From NCBI GenBank assembly GCA_964609495.1, contig CAZSTA010000012.1, positions 1-35,352 of the forward strand: a stretch of 35,352 nucleotides of DNA, given 5' to 3'. How positions within the stretch are numbered: the stretch's first letter is position 1; each line of letters begins with the position of its first letter. Position numbers and translations under genes: made by a program. The notes under the pieces are model-generated. The model was not told the DNA's origin, did not search any database, and worked only from the letters and a program-made list of their open reading frames with translations. Positions 29,232-35,352 of this stretch are shown piece by piece. This DNA is from an uncultured bacterium. Its GTDB lineage: Bacteria; CAZSTA01.

Positions 29232-30608
29232 TTGGGAACAGGGGAGATTACCGAACCTAAGGAAGAGAGGATTATAAGTCCTTTAACCGAAGGAAGCATA
29301 GTTAGGAACATCTGGAAGTTAGCACTACCTACGATGTTGGGAAGTACTTTACAGGATCTATTCAACATCGTTGATATGATCTTTGTAGGGAGGTTGGGAC
29401 CAGCCGCTATCGCTAGCGTCTCGATGAGTGGGATATTGATGGGATTCATCTTCACCATAGCGATGGGGATCTCCACTGGCACTATTGCGATGGTGTCGCG
29501 ATTTATCGGAGCGGGGAGGAAGGAGGATGCGGAGAATGTAGCTATGCAATCTCTCTTTCTAGGAGCCATAAGCTCTGTCATTGTAGCTATCTTGGGATAT
29601 ACCTTTGCTGGTCCTATCCTAAAGTTACTAGGAGCCTCAGATACCGTTGTTAGCCTGGGAACGTCTTACATTCGGGTGACATCTATTGGGGCCTTTGCCA
29701 TATTCTTTTCGTTCTTCTTGAACTCAGCTCTGAGGGGAGCCGGAGATGTAATCACTCCAGTGAAGATCTTGATGCTCGCTACCGTGATAAACATCGGCTT
29801 AGACCCGATACTGATATTCGGGTTATTTGGTTTCCCTCGTATGGAGGTTGCGGGATCTGCCTTAGCAACTATCATCGCTAGAGGAGTTGGAGTAATGATC
29901 CTCTTCTGGTTGTTCTTCAGTAGACGATCGATCCTTAATCTCGGCTTGAAGCATATCAAACTAGACTTAAACATTATGAGGAGGATAATCAAGATCGGAA
30001 TATTCGGTTCTCTGCAAGGACTAATAGGAAATATATCTGGCTTAGTTCTAATGCGAATCATCACGCTTTTCGGGACAACCGCAGTTGCTGCCTTTGGGAT
30101 TGGAATGAGGCTTCAGGGTCTAGCGATGATGCCCGGTTTCGGCTTCGCAAATGCGGCTGCGATCATGGTAGGACAGAATCTAGGAGCAGAAAAGCCCGAA
30201 CGAGCGGAGAAATCCGCTTGGCTTGCCACCGGTTTCTATGAGATCCTCCTAGTTACTATGGGAGCGATCTTCTTCATCTTCCCTGGGAGTATAATCGGAA
30301 TCTTCAATAATCATCCGGAGGTTATTGATATAGGTTCGATCTACCTTCGCTTCCTTGCAGCTACTTTGATCTTTATAGGATCATCGGTAGTTTTAGGAAG
30401 GGCTTTGAGTGGCTCAGGAGATACCGTATCTCCAATGTTCATCACTGGTATATCTCTCTTTGTGTTTCAAATCCCTCTAGCGATCTTATTATCGAAGTCC
30501 TACGGGATCACCGGGGTATGGATAGCTATAGCTACCGCGAACATAGTTCAAAGTTTGGTTATGGCTTTCTGGTTTAATAGAGGAAAGTGGAAATATAGAA
30601 AGGTTTAG
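29232..30608 (+). CDS. MATE family efflux transporter, copy 2 (tandem paralog)
   Basis: Same motifs as copy 1 and same length (1377 nt, matching 27709-29085). Confidence 0.93.
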   Translation: MGTGEITEPKEERIISPLTEGSIVRNIWKLALPTMLGSTLQDLFNIVDMIFVGRLGPAAIASVSMSGILMGFIFTIAMGISTGTIAMVSRFIGAGRKEDAENVAMQSLFLGAISSVIVAILGYTFAGPILKLLGASDTVVSLGTSYIRVTSIGAFAIFFSFFLNSALRGAGDVITPVKILMLATVINIGLDPILIFGLFGFPRMEVAGSALATIIARGVGVMILFWLFFSRRSILNLGLKHIKLDLNIMRRIIKIGIFGSLQGLIGNISGLVLMRIITLFGTTAVAAFGIGMRLQGLAMMPGFGFANAAAIMVGQNLGAEKPERAEKSAWLATGFYEILLVTMGAIFFIFPGSIIGIFNNHPEVIDIGSIYLRFLAATLIFIGSSVVLGRALSGSGDTVSPMFITGISLFVFQIPLAILLSKSYGITGVWIAIATANIVQSLVMAFWFNRGKWKYRKV

Positions 30609-30745
30609 ACTAGAGACATACAATTATAATGCTCCGAATAGCTATATCTTGGTGAACTGTTTATAGCATCAGAGGGAAGAATGTGGTTATCAAGCCCTCA
30701 ACGATCTGATAGCTTGACCTTAAACTTCATCTTACCTCGCATCCT

Positions 30746-30943
30746 CTATTCATCCTTTACCGCACAATATAGCTCTAAGTCATAGACATATCCGCAATTA
30801 GGACATTTCAACTTCATCTTAGCCTCGCTACTATCGGGTGAATCTCTGTAAAGGAGAATGTGAAATCCTCCCTTATATCCACAGTTAGGACACACCTCGA
30901 AGCTAGTTTCAAGTTTTACTTTTTCCTCCTTTGCCACATTCAA
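30746..30943 (-). CDS. Small zinc-ribbon protein
   Basis: CPNCGYKGGFH...CPNCGYVYDL; RBS AAGGAG; start may be the GTG at 30937. Confidence 0.75.
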   Translation of the reverse strand: MNVAKEEKVKLETSFEVCPNCGYKGGFHILLYRDSPDSSEAKMKLKCPNCGYVYDLELYCAVKDE

Positions 30944-30974
30944 TCTCCTTTCTCATTCTAATAATTCCTATCTA

Positions 30975-31003
30975 ATTATACTGAATATCGAGGAGTTTGT
31001 CCA
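30975..31003 (-). promoter_or_regulatory. Promoter for the zinc-ribbon gene
   Basis: Minus strand TGGACA-17 nt-TATAAT. Confidence 0.6.
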
Positions 31004-31058
31004 ATATTTTTAAATTCCAGTTGGTAAGTAGAATATTTATTGGCTATTACAAAATTAT

Positions 31059-31292
31059 GTAAGTATGTAAAAGTTTGTGCTAGCAGATTTTAAGTAGCTT
31101 TTCGCTAGGGAGTTCAAGATATAAATCCCCCCTCACCCTGGCCCTCTCCCACGAGGGGAGAGGGAACATCAAGATAGAGCTTAAGTCTATGCTTCGCACT
31201 ATTTCTCGTCCCCCCTCCCTCGAGGGGAGAGGGATAGGGGGAGGGTGGTTTAAGGGAAGTTCAATTTCCCAGCACAAAGTTTACATGCTTAC
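31059..31292. mobile_element. 234-bp non-autonomous element (MITE) with IS66-like ends
   Basis: Imperfect terminal inverted repeats GTAAGTATGTAAAAGTTTGTGCT and (reverse complement of right end) GTAAGCATGTAAACTTTGTGCT; flanking direct repeat CAAAATTAT at 31050-31058 and 31293-31301; two internal GC-rich hairpins. Confidence 0.85.
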
Positions 31293-31312
31293 CAAAATTA
31301 TGAATACAGGTA

Positions 31313-31341
31313 TTGCAATAATTGAGTTATTATAGTAAAAT
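31313..31341 (+). promoter_or_regulatory. Promoter for the BMC and J-domain genes
   Basis: TTGCAA-17 nt-TAAAAT. Confidence 0.55.
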
Positions 31342-31386
31342 TAGGAGAGTCGTAGCAGAAGATCCCAGAAGTGGAGGTAGAACGAA

Positions 31387-31698
31387 TTGGCTTCTATTGT
31401 TAGATTGATCAAAGCTCCAACCCCTAGCACTATAGATATGTTGACTAAGCGAATGAGCAGAGAGGATAGAGAGGAGATTATGGCAGGCACTTGGGATGCG
31501 GTGGGTCTGGTTAGGGATAACCTTCCCAATATGTTCGCTATGGCTGATATAGCTGATAAAGCCGCCAGGGTAGTGGTGAGGGAGATTCGAGGTATCTGTC
31601 CTCAGCATTTCGGTATGCTCGGAATATTCGGGGATACAGCGGCAGTTCAGGCGGCTTTAGCGGCTATTACAGAATCGAGTCTCGGTTCTCGAGATTAA
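31387..31698 (+). CDS. Divergent BMC-domain shell protein, GrpU-like (GxCPQ Fe-S motif)
   Basis: RLIKAP, AVGLV, ADIADKAARV, EIRGICPQH, IFGDTAAVQAAL; RBS GGAGG. Confidence 0.8.
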   Translation: MASIVRLIKAPTPSTIDMLTKRMSREDREEIMAGTWDAVGLVRDNLPNMFAMADIADKAARVVVREIRGICPQHFGMLGIFGDTAAVQAALAAITESSLGSRD

Positions 31699-31712
31699 AA
31701 GGGGATGGTAAG

Positions 31713-31976
31713 ATGAGTAAATTCGAGGAAATAGATGAAGCGAGGAGAATATTAGGACTGAGGGAGACAGCAACTATGGCCGAGATAAAGAGAGCTTATC
31801 GCAATCTAGTCCATAGATACCATCCTGATAAGAAGCCTAATGGGGAATATGAAGATGAGCGTTTCAGAAGAGTTCAGAGGGCTTATGAGATGATCCTCGA
31901 TTTCTGCAAGAACTATCGCTACTCCTTCACCGAAGATAAGGTGGAGGATGCTTATTATAATCCNNNNNNNNNNTAA
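31713..31976 (+). CDS. Small J-domain (DnaJ-like) protein; 3' end lies in or after a 10-N gap
   Basis: ILGL, EIKRAYR, YHPDK, RAYEMI. Confidence 0.85.
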   Translation: MSKFEEIDEARRILGLRETATMAEIKRAYRNLVHRYHPDKKPNGEYEDERFRRVQRAYEMILDFCKNYRYSFTEDKVEDAYYNXXXX

Positions 31977-32117
31977 TACCTATTAATTGTTCATTTTCAT
32001 TTGGAACTGAGAATAGATATGGTTAGGATCATTAGGTTGCCACATAGATTAGCGCTCATAGTTAAGTGGTTTTCAAAACTTTTTGTCTGAGATGTTCGAG
32101 AGCAGAGCCAATAGAGG

Positions 32118-35100
32118 TTGTATATTATGGAGACGAGTCACTTCAAGAAATACTTGAGGGATATCGAAAAGAACCTATCTTCGAGTTATACCGAACATAC
32201 CCATCGTCCAGCATTAAAGACGCTCTTAGAGGCTAGTGGGGATAATATAACTGCCATCAATGAGCCTGGGCGAATAAAATGTGGGGCACCAGATTATATT
32301 TTGACTAAGGGCAGAGTCCCGATAGGATATATCGAGGCAAAGGACGTAGGAGAGAATCTAACGAAAGTCGAGCGATCCGACCAACTGAAACGCTATCGTG
32401 AATCGCTAAATAACCTTATTCTGACCGACTATTTGGAGTTTCGATGGTTCGTCGAGGGAGAACATCGAGAGACGGTGCGACTGGCAGAGGTGAGGGATGG
32501 GGGGATAAAAGAGGAAACGGATGGGATTAAAAACACCTCGGATTTATTCGAGAGATTCTTCACCCAAGAGGTAACTACTATAGCTAGCTCTAGGGAATTA
32601 GCGGAGCGGATGGCATCCATGGCTCGGATGATTCGCGGACTCATCGAGAAAACATTCTCTATGGAAGGCGAGAAAGGTATGCTTCATACTCAGATGTCTG
32701 CCTTCGAAGATATTCTGATCCCCAATCTTACCCCTGATAAGTTCTCCGATATGTATGCTCAGACCATCGCTTATGGCCTCTTCTCCGCTCGCGTTAACAA
32801 TCCAACAGAAAAAATTTTCACTCGTAAACAAGCCGCCTGGGATCTGCCCAATACTAATCCCTTCCTGCGTGATCTATTCAACGAGATCGCTGGTCCCAAA
32901 CTCGATGACCGAATCGCCTGGTTAGTAGATGATCTGGCTCATCTATTAGCCAAGGCTGATATGGAGGAGATATTAAGGGACTTCGGCAGACGCACGCGTC
33001 AAGAAGATCCAGTGCTTCATTTTTATGAGACCTTCCTCTCAGCTTATGATCCCGACCTCAGAGAGACTCGAGGGGTATATTACACTCCTGAGCCAGTAGT
33101 ATCCTATATTGTTCACTCTATAGACAGCATCCTAAAGACACACTTCGATCGTCCTCTAGGGCTGGCTGATAAAAACGCTCTCATTCTCGATCCAGCTACT
33201 GGAACAGCTACTTTTCTCTACTTCGTCATAGCCAAGATCTATGAGTCGCTGGTGGAGATGGGACAGAAGGGAGCTTGGAGTAGCTACGTCAAGGATCATC
33301 TTCTGCCGAAGATATTCGGCTTCGAGTTGCTTATGGCGCCTTATACTGTGGCTCATATGAAGTTGGGTATCCTACTTCAAGAGACTGGTTACGACTTCAT
33401 AGGCGATCAGCGTTTAGGGATTTATCTGACTAACTCCCTAGAGGAGGCAGTGAAAAAAGAGGAAACCCTTGGTTTCAATAAATTCATCAGTGAGGAGAAT
33501 AATGCCGCGGCGGATATTAAACGGGATAAACCTATAATGGTGGTGTTAGGTAATCCCCCTTATTCGGGTATCTCACCCAATATGGGAAAATGGATAACTG
33601 GCCTCATTCAGGACTATAAAAGTGTAGATGGTGAACCTCTAGGAGAAAGGAATCCCAAATGGCTTCAAGATGACTATGTGAAATTTATTCGCTTTGCTCA
33701 ATGGCGTATCGAACGCACGGGACAGGGAGTGATAGGTTTTATAACGAACCATAGTTACTTGGATAACCCTACTTTTCGAGGTATGCGTCAGTCTTTGATG
33801 AACAGTTTTGATCAGATTTATCTCTTGGATTTGCACGGAAATATTCTGAAGAAGGAGAAATGCCCTGATGGTTCTAAGGATGAGGGTGTTTTTGATATCA
33901 GACAGGGGGTCGCTATCTCCATTTTCATTAAGAAGAAGGGCTTAAAGAAGAAGATTGTCCACTCGGAACTTTGGGGACTTCGAGAGGATAAATATCGCTG
34001 GCTTTGGGAAAATGATATTACCACAACTGATTGGAAAGATCTTGAACCCAATAGCCCTTATTACTTTTTCGTGCCAAAAAGTGAAGAATACAGAGATATT
34101 TATGAGAGATATTGGAAAGTTACGGATATTTTTCCTGTTAATAGTGTGGGGATCGTAACTTCAAGAGATAAATTCGTGATCGATTTCAATAAAAATACCC
34201 TAAAGCAAAGAATTATAGAGCTTCGCAGTAGCGAGGTATCAGATGATATAATTAGACAGAGATTTGGATTGAAGGATAAAGGAAAATGGAAATTGAACGA
34301 AGTCAGAAAAAGCCTTCAGAAAGAGAAAGATTGGGAGAGTTATTTTACAAAGATCCTATATCGCCCCTTTGATATTCGATGGATATACTATTATGACGAA
34401 TTGATCGAGAGATCTCGCAAAGAAGTCATGTTCCACATGATGTGGGGGGATTGGGGATTACTAATAAAGAGGCAAAGTAAAAGACAACCTTTTTCATACG
34501 TATTTATCAGTGGTGAAATTGCCGAGAGTTGTGTTTTTGAAAGCACATTTGCTAATAATACGATTTGCCCTCTTTACCTCTACACGGACAAAAAAGAGCT
34601 ATTCATTCACCAAAAAGAAGATCTCAGAAGAGAGCCTAATCTATCTTCCGACTTTATATCCGATGTTAGGGAGAGACTCAGTCTGGATTTCGTATCAGAT
34701 GGCAAAGGCGATCTGGAGAAGACCTTCGGTCCTGAGGATATCTTTCATTATATCTACGCTGTCCTTCATTCCCCGACCTATCGAAAGCGATACACCGAGT
34801 TCCTGAAGATAGACTTCCCTCGCTTGCCTCTCACCTCGGACTTGGGGCTATTCCGTGCCTTAGCTGAAAAGGGTGAGGAGTTGGTATCACTGCATCTTAT
34901 GAAATCGCCCGAACTTGAGAGGCTTATCACCGCGTTTCCGATAGAAGGCTCTAACGAAGTCGAGAAGGTTCGCTACACAGAGCCACGCCAGGGTAAGGAT
35001 GGGCAGAAGGGTCGCGTCTATATCAATAAGACGCAATACTTCGAGGGCATCGAGCCAGAGGTGTGGGAGTTCCAGATAGGTGGATATCAAGTCCTACAGA

Positions 35101-35240
35101 AGTGGCTTAAAGATCGGAAGGGACGTAAACTTTCCTATAATGATATGATGCACTACCAGAAGATAGTAATCGCTCTCAAGGAGACAAAGCGATTGATGGA
35201 AGAGATAGATGAGATAATTCCCTCTTGGCCTATCGAATAG
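32118..35240 (+). CDS. Fused restriction endonuclease / N6-adenine methyltransferase / target recognition enzyme (Type IIG-like, ISP-type C-terminus, no helicase)
   Basis: N-terminal PD...EAK nuclease motif (APDYIL...YIEAK), GVYYTP, motif I LDPATGT, motif IV GNPPY, C-terminal YIYAVLHSPTYR...DFPRLP and IGGYQVLQKWLKDRK. Start likely the ATG at 32127. Confidence 0.9.
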   Translation: MYIMETSHFKKYLRDIEKNLSSSYTEHTHRPALKTLLEASGDNITAINEPGRIKCGAPDYILTKGRVPIGYIEAKDVGENLTKVERSDQLKRYRESLNNLILTDYLEFRWFVEGEHRETVRLAEVRDGGIKEETDGIKNTSDLFERFFTQEVTTIASSRELAERMASMARMIRGLIEKTFSMEGEKGMLHTQMSAFEDILIPNLTPDKFSDMYAQTIAYGLFSARVNNPTEKIFTRKQAAWDLPNTNPFLRDLFNEIAGPKLDDRIAWLVDDLAHLLAKADMEEILRDFGRRTRQEDPVLHFYETFLSAYDPDLRETRGVYYTPEPVVSYIVHSIDSILKTHFDRPLGLADKNALILDPATGTATFLYFVIAKIYESLVEMGQKGAWSSYVKDHLLPKIFGFELLMAPYTVAHMKLGILLQETGYDFIGDQRLGIYLTNSLEEAVKKEETLGFNKFISEENNAAADIKRDKPIMVVLGNPPYSGISPNMGKWITGLIQDYKSVDGEPLGERNPKWLQDDYVKFIRFAQWRIERTGQGVIGFITNHSYLDNPTFRGMRQSLMNSFDQIYLLDLHGNILKKEKCPDGSKDEGVFDIRQGVAISIFIKKKGLKKKIVHSELWGLREDKYRWLWENDITTTDWKDLEPNSPYYFFVPKSEEYRDIYERYWKVTDIFPVNSVGIVTSRDKFVIDFNKNTLKQRIIELRSSEVSDDIIRQRFGLKDKGKWKLNEVRKSLQKEKDWESYFTKILYRPFDIRWIYYYDELIERSRKEVMFHMMWGDWGLLIKRQSKRQPFSYVFISGEIAESCVFESTFANNTICPLYLYTDKKELFIHQKEDLRREPNLSSDFISDVRERLSLDFVSDGKGDLEKTFGPEDIFHYIYAVLHSPTYRKRYTEFLKIDFPRLPLTSDLGLFRALAEKGEELVSLHLMKSPELERLITAFPIEGSNEVEKVRYTEPRQGKDGQKGRVYINKTQYFEGIEPEVWEFQIGGYQVLQKWLKDRKGRKLSYNDMMHYQKIVIALKETKRLMEEIDEIIPSWPIE

Positions 35241-35275
35241 AGGATTTTCTCTTTAGATCTCGAACTCACCTAAAT

Positions 35276-35304
35276 CACCCTCCCCCTAACCCCCTCTCAT
35301 CAGG
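35276..35304 (+). repeat. Truncated REP-like unit related to the hairpins inside the MITE
   Basis: CACCCTCCCCCTAACCCCCTCTCATC resembles minus-strand CACCCTCCCCCTATCCCTCTCCCCTC at about 31222-31247, but the right arm of the hairpin is missing. Confidence 0.55.
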
Positions 35305-35352
35305 CTCTGTAAAAAATAGAATGAAAAAAGTCGAAAATTTGCTGAACTGGTG

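Noticed and set aside
31080-31277. 65-aa minus-strand ORF (PPPIPLPSREG, PLPSWERARVRG)
   Set aside because: Translation of the REP-like hairpins inside the MITE.
8-35090. Remaining short overlapping ORFs in the six-frame track (e.g. 8-373, 3530-3922, 7100-7567, 16321-16746, 29666-30064, 34510-34806)
   Set aside because: They are antisense or alternate-frame overlaps of well-supported genes and lack recognisable motifs.

Overview
Bacterial chromosomal segment, probably from a draft or metagenomic scaffold (N gaps at 19211-19310, 25053-25152, 31964-31973). Bases 1-27000 are almost all minus-strand genes. In transcription order: aldo/keto reductase, VanZ, two PspC proteins, a LonC-type protease, a GH57 4-alpha-glucanotransferase, pgi-gap-pgk-tpiA-secG, an orphan peptide-type substrate-binding protein with a beta-propeller membrane protein, an Opp/Dpp ABC operon running on into a sigma70-family factor, a sugar-phosphate isomerase and a DUF4434-like lipoprotein, a small Zn-finger protein and a Tat-exported protein. 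The right end carries marR with tandemly duplicated MATE pumps, a Zn-ribbon protein, an orphan GrpU-like microcompartment shell gene, a J-domain protein and a fused restriction-modification enzyme. The most interesting signals are absent from the ORF track. (i) Two toxin-antitoxin modules sit inside the opp operon; both antitoxins are intact while both toxins (PIN and HEPN) have lost their middles but kept both ends. (ii) A palindromic repeat with covarying arms flanks secG, with one copy nested inside another. (iii) A 234-bp IS66-like MITE with a 9-bp target duplication carries REP-like hairpins. (iv) A shared GTCAGGT/ACCTGAC hairpin follows oppA and gap. (v) A deleted partial copy of the DUF4434-like gene lies just downstream of it. 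Family assignments come from motif recognition by eye; no database search was run.
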